A stretch of 20,000 nt of DNA from Asterionella formosa (Eukaryota). Under the pieces are notes generated by a model that saw nothing but the letters and a program-made list of their open reading frames with translations, ran no database searches and was not told the origin of the DNA. Location of the stretch: assembly GCA_002256025.1 (NCBI GenBank), contig NKIB01012713.1, positions 52,443 through 72,442 on the forward strand, in the 5' to 3' direction. Made by a program: the position numbers and the translations under genes. Below, one piece after another: positions 1 through 9,722 of this stretch. Each line of letters opens with the position of its first letter. The first letter of the stretch is position 1.

Positions 1-1
1 T

Positions 2-3000
2 GCGCTGGCTCCCCTTCTTGGGCGGTTCTTCTTCGGCCATTTTTTCACTATCCTTTTCTATCGCGGCCTGTCGCTGCTGCTCTTCCCAAACTAATTGATG
101 CCTCGCCAGTTCTTGTAAACAAGAAAAAATGACACGAGCTCCAAAAGAGTATCCTATCAGGCTCACCGGACGGCGCTCCTCACTGTTCAAGAGGCAATTG
201 GCCAATTCGATACCAGCATAATCAGCACGGAATGATATCAACTGGTACGGATCATCAATGACATTTAAACACGTGGCAATAGCGGAGGGAATGTGAACGG
301 CCGCTACGACACCGCCGATAATAGTCTGTTTTGCAAGTTCCTTGGAAACTTGATTGCCGATTTCAAGAAACATTAAATTAACAACACGGCACAGGCGAGA
401 GAGGAGGTCTGTTTCCCAAGTAATTGTGTAGAGCTCACCACCAAACGACGCTTGCCAATCCCACACAATCACGTCGAAGTCTTTCTTGGCAAACTCTTCT
501 CGTGAGTCAATACTTTCTTCTGACTCCTTACTACCCTTAGTATGGGTGCTAGAGTCGTCAATCTCGTCCGGAACTAACTTTTCTGAGACGCTTGCAATGA
601 CATCTGATTGCGAGGTAACTCTATGCTTGATATCCTTGTCATCTTTCTTTTCTTCTCCTTGATCCCCACTAACTTGAACACGTGGAATAATAACCTTGCC
701 ATCGACCTCGAATGTTTCATTACTAGGAAGTGGCGATACTGTCTTTAAATACACAGGTGTCGCATCTGGAATTTTCTCAGTGACAGTCAGCTCACTTTCC
801 GTTGGCCGTCCTTCAAAAGTACCCACATCAGTACGTGCAGGTTTGGGGGCTCCAACTTCGTCTGTTTCTATGCGATTGGATTCGTCCGATGAAATCTTCG
901 TTGGTTCAACAAGGACGCGCGTTGCTGTAACGAGAGTTAAAGGTTCTTGAGTCTCATCTAATTTCAAGTCATGCCTGAGCTTGTTGTCTACAAAATCACT
1001 AGGATCAATTGTGACGACCTCCGGTTGGTGATCATCCAAGAAATCATTCTGTTTTTCTTTATCAACCAATCTTGGCGAGTTTTCATAATTGAATTGCTCC
1101 TTGTTCGTGAGAAGAACCTCGGCAACATTCTCGTCATTGTATGTAAACTGTAATTTTTTGGGTGAAGCTTTGGGACCATCGTTTGGATCAACTTGGACTT
1201 GAATATCTTGCTCATGGGTGGTTTCATGATCAGCGATTGAGACTGAACGATAATTTAAGCCCGAGTTTCCAATTCTAGATGGTTCACGAGTAGGAGAATA
1301 AGCCAACGGGGCATTCATGGCTTCTAGCATAGCGATATCTTCAATTAATTCCAACTGCACAATTTTCGTACTAACAACGTCTTGTTTGTGTTGCTCATCC
1401 ATCACTTCCGTCATGGCTAATAATTCATCAGGTTCAGTACATTCATCAGATTTAGTATTGTCTTTTGGGTCAAGCAGTTCTGGGGCATGCTGTTTCAGCC
1501 ATATATCATCGTTTTCGTCTCCTCCTACGAAGAATTCGTCATTCATTGCTTCCATCTTGCTGAGCATGGAGTTGCTCTCGAAAACTTCACCCAGTCTATT
1601 GCCATGTGGTAAGACATACTCCTTCAAAGAAGCAGCAATTGTCCTTTCCATCTCCAAAGTCACCACTGGCTCTTCGCCCATGGTATCAAAGGGCAACAAG
1701 TGGGAAGGGTCGCATCCATACCGACGCTCTAATCCTTCCCATAAATGCTTTTCCTTCGTTATCTTTGCATTTTCCTTTTCCTTCTTATTCATGGACTTTC
1801 CGTTCTCCTTCGTTGTATCGATCTTGAGCAGTGCGTGACAAAAGTGGATCTTTTCTGGGCCATGCACTGCAAGAAACCTTTGCAATAGGTCCATTTTGTC
1901 TTGATTGGGTGGATCCGTGGGCATGATGCCCCAAGCTCGTTGAAAGTCTAATTTTTCCAAGAGCCATCCAGTCACCGCAACCGTTGCATGCAAGCCTTGA
2001 ATCTGTACTTCCTCAGCATTTCCGGTTTTGTTTTCTTTTCTGATTTTCCATTCAGTCAACATTTCAGTGCGTTTCTTCATTTTGTAAGCTGCCATGCCAC
2101 CACCTGTAACTCCAAACATGGCTGCAAGGGCAGTGGTGGTTGTGAGGGTAGCAAATGCAGCAGATCCAGTTCCGATACCAAACGCCGAAATGGCCGCGAC
2201 CAAAGCTGGAGCTGCCAGACCTCCAGTAATGGCGAAGATACCTCCGACAACTAAACCAACAGATCCAACTGCCAGCGTACGAATCACGAAACGCTTGGTG
2301 CGCCCTTTTCCTGTTATTGTGGGAGGAGATTCTTCTTCGGAAGTTTCAACAAGCGATCTAAAAATGTCCTCAGCGATGCACTTTTCAACATGTTCGAAAC
2401 GTAGTGTCGCTTGCTTGCGTTTCGACATGTGAGGTTCATACAACGTTTGTTGAACTTCCATATCTTCCCCATCGAAATCGCCTTCTTTTGGTATATCTTG
2501 CTTTTTCAAGAAATACCAGTTGCGTGAACCGGCAGTTTGTATATCAGGTTGTTCCGCATAGACTTCTTCCAAGAGTTCGACGCAAACACTCTTGACAACA
2601 CTTCTCAGCCTCGCATCGTAATTGCCTTTTGATAAGAACAAAATATTCGACAGCAGCATAGTGATACACTTGATCGGTTCTTTCACCTGCTCGGTGCTGG
2701 ACAGTGAAGAGTCTTGCAAGTCTTCGACCTCCAACATGAGGCAGGACGAAACCATGGTCATCAATTCGTACTTGAGGTACTTCATTTGTCGATCTCGACA
2801 ACCCAATTGTGTGATCCAAGACGTGCCTGCTTCTTCTTTCTTTGCGGCAAAGAATGATGTACGGCGAGTATCTGGCAGCTGCCGTATCCTCAAGACTCGA
2901 GCTGCCACTTGAGCTTTTATTTTTCGATAAAGGAAAAGGCGGTCTGTTTTGAGGGGGAGTTTGAGATCATCGAGTTTGACGGGATTGTCCTCCTCGCCTT

Positions 3001-3052
3001 TCTTTGTAGGAGTAGGAGCTACGACGAAGCCATCCTCCTGAGAGGATGTCAT
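2..3052 (-). CDS. DUF726/TMCO4-like membrane-associated alpha/beta-hydrolase (lipase-like) protein, >1000 aa, 3' end outside the window
   Basis: Manual translation gives one frame from the ATG at 3052 (MTSSQEDGF...) to the window edge, with no stop seen; it is probably absent from the ORF track because no stop codon lies in the window. Family motifs appear in order: GNYDARLR (~2603-2626), a Gly/Ala-rich hydrophobic segment (VGLVVGGIFAITGGLAAPALVAAI...LAAMFGVTGGGMAAYKMKKRT, ~2066-2270), VAVTGWL, YTITWE, and RPVSLIGYSFGARVIFSCL with a GxSxG nucleophile elbow at 140-154. Confidence 0.9.
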   Translation of the reverse strand, partial: MTSSQEDGFVVAPTPTKKGEEDNPVKLDDLKLPLKTDRLFLYRKIKAQVAARVLRIRQLPDTRRTSFFAAKKEEAGTSWITQLGCRDRQMKYLKYELMTMVSSCLMLEVEDLQDSSLSSTEQVKEPIKCITMLLSNILFLSKGNYDARLRSVVKSVCVELLEEVYAEQPDIQTAGSRNWYFLKKQDIPKEGDFDGEDMEVQQTLYEPHMSKRKQATLRFEHVEKCIAEDIFRSLVETSEEESPPTITGKGRTKRFVIRTLAVGSVGLVVGGIFAITGGLAAPALVAAISAFGIGTGSAAFATLTTTTALAAMFGVTGGGMAAYKMKKRTEMLTEWKIRKENKTGNAEEVQIQGLHATVAVTGWLLEKLDFQRAWGIMPTDPPNQDKMDLLQRFLAVHGPEKIHFCHALLKIDTTKENGKSMNKKEKENAKITKEKHLWEGLERRYGCDPSHLLPFDTMGEEPVVTLEMERTIAASLKEYVLPHGNRLGEVFESNSMLSKMEAMNDEFFVGGDENDDIWLKQHAPELLDPKDNTKSDECTEPDELLAMTEVMDEQHKQDVVSTKIVQLELIEDIAMLEAMNAPLAYSPTREPSRIGNSGLNYRSVSIADHETTHEQDIQVQVDPNDGPKASPKKLQFTYNDENVAEVLLTNKEQFNYENSPRLVDKEKQNDFLDDHQPEVVTIDPSDFVDNKLRHDLKLDETQEPLTLVTATRVLVEPTKISSDESNRIETDEVGAPKPARTDVGTFEGRPTESELTVTEKIPDATPVYLKTVSPLPSNETFEVDGKVIIPRVQVSGDQGEEKKDDKDIKHRVTSQSDVIASVSEKLVPDEIDDSSTHTKGSKESEESIDSREEFAKKDFDVIVWDWQASFGGELYTITWETDLLSRLCRVVNLMFLEIGNQVSKELAKQTIIGGVVAAVHIPSAIATCLNVIDDPYQLISFRADYAGIELANCLLNSEERRPVSLIGYSFGARVIFSCLQELARHQLVWEEQQRQAAIEKDSEKMAEEEPPKKGSQR

Positions 3053-3205
3053 TGTCTTATTAATGTGGTCGCTAGGGGATGCTCCTATAATATGGCAAGA
3101 CAACTGAAATCTTTGCAAGGTCAATATAACGACTGAGGTCGGAACAAATGGGGGCAACTGTTTCTATGTAGAAGCAAGGGCTAATCCTATTATAGCAAAC
3201 ATGAA

Positions 3206-4442
3206 TACCGGTATACCGCTACCGGTATGTGTGGAGAATAATGAACAGTGAACTACCTGTACCGGTACCAGTACCTGGTACTCCGAGTACCTGGTACCAG
3301 GTTACAAGGTCGTCCCTAGAGTACTTTCCTGTGAACAAGAATGCCAACGTATGTTCACATAATATATATAGGTATATATGTATGCCAAAGAGCGAAACGA
3401 ACATTGATGACCGTTGCGAAAACGTTTAAATTTATTATATACCGGTATATATGTTTAGACAGAAATTAATAATGTGTAAAGAAATGGAACAATGGTTTGA
3501 AACAGGCAGACCAGTGTGAATTGTGACCTACCGGTACCTAGTAGTACAATTGTAAGTGTATCTACCGGTAGCCGGTAGCGGTACCTGGTCGCTACATTAT
3601 TCTTACTACCTGGCCTACCTGTACGGCCAGGTACCTGGTACCAGGTACAAGTTACCCTGGTATGATAACTGGTTCTTCGTATGATGTGACAAAATTATCG
3701 TGGTGGGGGGTAGCCGGTAAAACGGAGTCGAACATTTTCTTTTATGTTTCGGTCCCAGGAAACCTAGTACCTGGTGGTACCGGTACATCGTCATACATAG
3801 GTACCGGAAGCTAATCGCATGCCTCTTATCCTGCTTATATTCTGATACTACATAAGTAGTGCACCGGGTGTGATAGCTACCGGTATGCACTTACCGGATG
3901 ATTCAGTGTCCTGGCCCCCTCAATGTACAATGCCGTGACTGAATTTGACTAATTTTACTTAGGGGGGGCAGGAAAATGACGAGACTTCCCTTAAAATGGT
4001 CCTACCTAAATTTTATCGGTTCTACTGAATGGAGGACTTTTTTTCTAATTAATGTCCTCGTTTCTTTCTGTGAAAAAAGAAAAGATTATCTAGGCTACGG
4101 AAACAATGAGGTTGATGTCACAATGAATTCTACATATGTCTATGAACCGGCAAATACTTAGCGATGTGACATATCCGCTTGGAAAGAGCTCGTTTCGTGA
4201 AACTTTTTAATTGAGGTCCTGGTACCAGCTACTAATCCTACATACATACATTTGCAGAGGAATAACAATGCAGGAGCTATTATGAATAATAGGAACTCCT
4301 TACCTGGTACCAGTTACCTGGTACTTGGAATTTGAGTACCAGGAGTATAAAACAATCAGCAGCAGGCTGCACAAACGGCGACAACGGACAGTCGGACCTC
4401 GCAGCGTCGTTAAATAATTAATAGTAGGAGTAGCTACCGGTA
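3206..4442. repeat. Intergenic cluster of TACCGGTA / TACCWGGTA palindromic motifs
   Basis: Exact copies start at 3206, 3220, 3260, 3272, 3288, 3440, 3529, 3563, 3632, 3639, 3778, 3878, 4301, 4315 and 4435. An 18-bp perfect palindrome GTACCTGGTACCAGGTAC lies at 3631-3648. Confidence 0.9.
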
Positions 4443-4899
4443 GTGTGCCAAAGGCCCGTTCTTATCATTCTGTCACTGGTCGTCATTGGTGCATCATCTC
4501 CCAAATATGATACAAAAATAGCGGTTTGGTTTTTTTGTGTATCACCAACGGTTTTTTGGTTTGATCACTGGTGTATCATGAGTGTATCACTGATACAGTT
4601 TTTGGACCCCTGACCAATCCTGTATCAGTGATACAGCCATTGATTGCTGTGTATCACATCCATTGGCACTGATAAAATAACTGTAAAAAAGCAAGCACAA
4701 CACTCTTAGATATTACGCAAACTAATTTTTTGTTGCATATATATTCTGTATACACTTACTTTCAGCTTTGTCAGTCAAACAAGAATAAGTAGTCCACTCA
4801 TCTTTATACCTGTCTTCCAACATTGACAATATCTTGATTAATTGGCACAATGAGTAGCAAAGTAGAGGATACAACTGAAACTTCTGATGCTGCCAATAT

Positions 4900-6553
4900 T
4901 CCAATTTCGTAAAAGAGTCAATGCAGTGTAGCTGATGAGGACATCAAAGATATTGTTGAGTCGTCTACTGCTTGTCCAACCAACATTGACGAGATGGATC
5001 TTGTTGAAAAGTGGAAACCTCCAACTGCTGGTACACTTGATGTTGACGAGATGGGTCCATCTGAAAATAAAATACCTCCAACTATTGGTGCACTTCTTGA
5101 CATTGACAAGATGGGTCCACCTGGCTGAAAAGACTTTCCTGGTTGTCTAGCCAACAAGGATGAGCTCATCATCTCGCTCATGGTACCAGATGACTTCATT
5201 CTGGATGAAAGTGGGCTGGAATGGATTCATAAAAAAAGGTATTGACATAAAACACATATCTTTCAGGGTTCTTCAATAAATTTGCGTAAGATTTAAAGTG
5301 TCAGGGTACAGGGATGGCAACTACTAAAAAAAAAGGAAGGAATTCATTATTTACTAAGAAAAGACTGGCTGGTTAGTCAACTATACCCTTCTATGATCAC
5401 GTATAATGAAGTGATCGACATCCACAACAACAACAGCAATGAAGAAGAGAGTCGTGGCAATGTTGATATGGACTCTGATTCACAGAAAGAGAAGACAGAT
5501 GAAGCAAGCAGACGAAGATTCTGACTATCTTCTTCATTCGCATACTAGCAGTGATGACGATGACAAATCATTGCCTCTTCCTCCTCCTGTTGCAAAACAG
5601 GGCACAAATAAGAAAAAGGCTATAGTAGCAAAATCAACTCCTCCAAGCAGTGTCACTTGTGCCAACACATATTTTCGTGTCATCAATTTACACATAAGTG
5701 ATGTGTTGATGCTTGGTCAGCCTCCAACTAGCTATGACTGAACTGGATACAAGGAAATTAAGGCACAAATAAAATTTTGATAGACTGCTCATAACTACAT
5801 TCCTTGATGATGACAATGATGACAGCAAAAATCTTGCCTTATCACAAGATCATTATTGGAAACAAATGGGGATAGGCAGTTGTTACCAAAAGACTTATGA
5901 TGCTCTGTCCTCTGTCGAATTTTCTATGGAAATGGGGTACATTAATGATCATTACCAAATTGAATACAGGAACAAAAAAGCCAGGAAGTCGTGATGACTT
6001 TCTTGACTTTGCTGGAAATGACCTTATATATATTACTACCATTTATGGTTATGCCAAGTTCCTAACCTTCTCAATTTTGCTATTCCATTGCTTTCAAAAT
6101 CATCGTTCCGTGAAAGTACCACTGGCTGACTCTTAATGCTTATCATCGAAGACTGTTGGCTCGAAGAAATGAAAATGTTCATCTACTTCATCTAATCATT
6201 CCCATCATTCCTCTTCTATGGTACAAATGGCAAATGCATTAGAGTGTTTTTGAACGAGTAAATGCAGTGAAACTTCAAGTGCTTCTGTCTTCAGCAGTAC
6301 CAAGACGCGAAAAAGAGATCCTAGATGTTCTGGATCTCTATAAAAGTAGTCTCAAGAATGCTCGGAAGAATTTGGAAGAGTTAAAAAATCATGGTTATGA
6401 TTCCGAAAAATCTGATGTAGTTCAGGCTCAATCAGAAATTAAGATATGCAAGAAAAGTTCAGACTGAAATAGAAAATTAGGAAATGCAAGAAAAAGCGGA
6501 ATCGCTATTTTCACCGACTTTCAGAAGGTGAAACATTTGATTAAATCCAACTA
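4900..6553 (+). pseudogene. Remnant of the Harbinger accessory gene (ORF1 position), frameshifted; boundaries approximate
   Basis: Protein-like fragments are broken by stops and frameshifts (IDEMDLVEKWKPP..., SSDDDDKSLPLPPPVAKQGTNKKK...TYFRVINL, DDFLDFAGNDL/YYYHLWL, and a C-terminal coiled-coil-like KSSLKNARKNLEELK). It lies tail-to-tail with the transposase inside the same termini. Confidence 0.6.
4984..5124 (+). repeat. 57-60-bp coding tandem repeat (~2.4 copies)
   Basis: Units at 4984-5040, 5041-5100 and 5101-5124 encode IDEMDLVEKWKPPTAGTLD / VDEMGPSENKIPPTIGALLD / IDKMGPPG. Confidence 0.8.
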
Positions 6554-6589
6554 ATGAATAAATTATTTATTCGTACAAAATAAATTTAT

Positions 6590-7906
6590 TTATTTTATTT
6601 TTTCCCCTTTTCCTCTCTATATTGACAGGAGATCGTTGCAAGCCCAAGGTTCGCAATCTGGTAAGAATCACATCTCGCATCACAGAGCTTCCAGGAAATA
6701 TACTTAATGGTTCCACAGTTGGTAACTAGCCCCAACCAAGGAGTTACAAGAAACTGACTAGAATTATCTCTGTAAGTCTTTGATTATCAACCATAATCTC
6801 GCTATCAATTATCTTCTCATCAATCACATAATTATGAAGTCGAGCACATGAATCAAAAATGCGTGCAGATGTTTTCAAGCTTGTTTATAGGTTGTTTTTC
6901 AGAACACATCATTTTGTCTGAAGAAGACCAAATTTCATTTCTTTTCTTATCCTCAGCTGTGAAAGGAAAAATTTAAATGTATCCTGTGTTCGATCATCAC
7001 GTTGTGAGCCAACAAAGGGAATGAGCTTACATCAAAAAATGTGTATGCTGCATCGCCAAACAGAAAAAAAAACCTGTATTGAATGCTGCAACTTGATCGA
7101 AAATGGAATTTCGTTCAAAAGCTACTTTTGGTCACTGCATTTTCCTAGTGCAATCACACCAAAAGAAATAAATCGTTAGTCAGATTCACAAACAGCCTAG
7201 ACATTGATTCCATATGTCATGTAGTGACAGAAAAAAAAAACCAGGGTTGTTCCCACTTTCAACTAAAATTGGGCGGTTGATGGTGGCTAGGAAGCCGTCA
7301 ATAGCACCAACACATCTTCTTATTACGCCCTCAGAGTGTTTGCATTCAAAGCTGGAAGCCAATTTGATAAATTTTTATTTTTCTTCTAGAAAAATAAATT
7401 TGATTCTTCGCAGTTGAGTACAGCATCAATGAACAAATCACGACATCAATAAAGTGAAGCAATTCTACAACCTTAGGCATGAAAAATGTCGATGTAACTG
7501 CCACCAGCAAACCAATGCAAACCAATGGCCACCACAATTTCGGGAATTATGGGCTGCTCAGAAGTGCCACATATGAAATAATTCCCTGGAATCTGAATTT
7601 CCAGTACTATGCAGGTGAGCTTTTTAAATGCTCTGTGTGAAATTCTGTATGTCTTCTTGAAAGCAATCTTGTGATTGAGTTTTTCGACATGTGATTGCCA
7701 GGAGATTTTTTCGTGGTGCCACTTGTTCCTTCGTTGTCGTCGTCGTTCAGATGAGTGATGCTGCCGTTTACAGCGTCGCCTTCGTCGTTTGGATGAGTGT
7801 TCTTTTTCCTCTGCTTCCTTAGCTAAATGACAGAAGAAGTATCATGATCAATGCTATCATCATCGCTATCATCAAGTAATTCAAAATAGTCGACGGCATG
7901 ATTCAT
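6590..7906 (-). pseudogene. PIF/Harbinger (HARBI1-like, DDE_Tnp_4) transposase pseudogene
   Basis: ATG at 7906 (MNHAVDYFELLDDSDDDS). Motifs in order: FKKTYRISHRAFKKL, VAIGLHWFAGGSYIDI, CVGAIDG (7294-7314), YGINV*AVC, GDAAY (7043-7057), FFLSQLRIRKEMKFGLL, CARLHNY (6828-6848). There are many in-frame stops and frameshifts. Confidence 0.92.
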
Positions 7907-8186
7907 GCAATAATGTGTTTTTATTATAAAATAGTTTAATTATATTTTATGTTGCAGCTTGATATCAAGACCATCATTTTATTCTGGAGGGATATAGGAC
8001 ACATGATCTTCACCAGCCTTTTGCCGTTGAATATCTATGTTACTCCATGATACAATGTTATCATAAATTAGTGATACAGTGTCACTTTTGGAATGAATGA
8101 AATTCAGATCAAATCGAGTTACCCTTGTTGATACATTTTCAAAAAATTTCTAATTCCGTGATACACGAAAAAAATGATAAGAACAG

Positions 8187-8347
8187 CTTATCATTCTGTC
8201 ATTGGTTGTAATTGGTTTATCGTCTCCGCAATATGATACAAAAATTGGCGGTTTGTATCATTTTTTGTATCACCAACGGCTTTTTTGGTCTGATCACCAG
8301 TGTATCATGGGTGTATCACTGATACAGCTTTTGGACCCCTGACCAAT
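8187..8347 (+). mobile_element. Truncated extra copy of the Harbinger left end
   Basis: Diverged direct repeat of ~4461-4618 (CTTATCATTCTGTCA...GTGTATCACTGATACAG.TTTTGGACCCCTGACCAAT). Confidence 0.85.
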
Positions 8348-8349
8348 GT

Positions 8350-9304
8350 AACACGTTTCAGCAATGGTAACTCGATTTAAAATTAATTTTATTCATTCCA
8401 AATTGACACTTAATCGCTAATTTGTATTACAGTGCATCATGGAGTAACAAGGATCGTTAGGGGTGACAGGACAGCTACAAACATCTAGATATATCTGAGC
8501 AGTTATATGCATATGCGTTGCCTAAATTTAGAAAACCGGAGTATAATAACAAATATCATATCATGCTATGGAGCCTGTTTGTACTTGCAACTGTTACCAG
8601 TACGCTGGTACCAGTTACTGAGAGACCCGTCAACATGTTGTCATCAACATATTGACCATGTTGAAAATCGGCTATTTCTCCATCAAAATGGCAAACGAGT
8701 CGCTGCGCCTTTTTCGGTCTAATATATCATTGTATGAACGATGCAATAGAAAAGTAAATATAGATACCTCTTTAAAATTACATATGAAATTTCGAATCTA
8801 CAATGTAGAAGAGCATTCTTTGTCAATTTATAGGAATGCAAATTGAGCTATTGATTTTTTACCATAACAACTAAATCTGCTATGAATGCTAATACGACTA
8901 TAACAATACTATCATATGACAAAAGTGCTTGCAAAAGTGGTGTGAGGCTACTAGACTTTGAATTATAGATGCCATTAGATCAATTGATTGCACCAGTGGT
9001 GCTTTCATGTTGCTTGTGCTGTGTTGCTGATGTTGATTTTCCATCCACCAAAAAATTACATAGTCGGCGCTGGCATTTTTACAGTTATTTTATCAGTTGC
9101 AATGGACGTGATACACAGCAATCAATGGCTGTTTCACTGATACAGCAGTGGTCAGGGGTCCAAAAACTGTATCAGTGATACACCGGTGATCAGACCAAAA
9201 ACTGTTGGTGATACACAAAGAAAAACCAAACCGCTATTTTTGTATCATATTTCGGAGATAATAGACCAATGACGACCAATGATGATAGAATGATTAGAAC
9301 GCCC
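8350..9304 (-). mobile_element. Inverted, internally deleted non-autonomous derivative of the same Harbinger family
   Basis: ~9070-9304 is a reverse-complement copy of ~4454-4690 (left end). ~8358-8450 is a reverse-complement copy of ~8037-8133 (right subterminal: GGTAACTCGATTT...TTCATTCCAAA.TGACACT...CATGGAGTAACA). Confidence 0.75.
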
Positions 9305-9722
9305 AGTGATACCATTGTGCTACCCACGTAGCAAATTGGTGTGTTGTCTACTTAATCTATCCTAAAATAAGCTGCTTGGCACTACTGGTGCCAGCGATTT
9401 GACGCATTTGTTTTCGCCCCGAGCCAGCGCGAAACCGTCAGGAATTTCTAGATGTCGAATTAACACACACCGGAGGACTCCAAGAATTTCACAAACTTGC
9501 TCTTCCAAAGCTATGTACAGTAGGAGACTTGGTGCCTATGTATGCCTCCGGCAATGGGTCTTTGTGAGGAACACCACCAATAGCTACATAAAAATGGAGA
9601 CTATTTTGATAAATCAGTAAAGAAACTAATACTGGTAGATTAATTAAATAGTAACAAATCAGATTGCACACTGCACATGAAGCTGGAGGTAGATACTGAA
9701 TTAGACAGTGAAGTTTCCCATA

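Larger units (their letters stand above)
4453..8185. mobile_element. Decayed two-gene PIF/Harbinger DNA transposon (~3.7 kb)
   Basis: Inverted termini CCGTTCTTATCATT (4456-4469) and AATGATAAGAACAG (~8173-8186). TGTATCA/TGATACA motifs are repeated near both ends. The element contains a DDE transposase pseudogene and a convergent second ORF remnant. No clean TSD was found. Confidence 0.8.

Noticed and set aside
696..3136. Plus-strand ORFs (696-950, 1317-1838, 2094-2432, 2622-2912 and others)
   Set aside because: Antisense shadows of the long minus-strand DUF726 gene.
3219..3890. Short ORFs with VPVPVPGT / GTGTGT / YQVLG peptides
   Set aside because: Translation artefacts of the GGTACC/TACCWGGTA motif cluster.
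3909..3973. Imperfect inverted repeat TCCTGGCCCCCT / AGGGGGGGCAGGA
   Set aside because: Short, low-complexity, no TSD or second copy; may be part of an unrecognised TE remnant at ~3900-4220, but this is not supportable.
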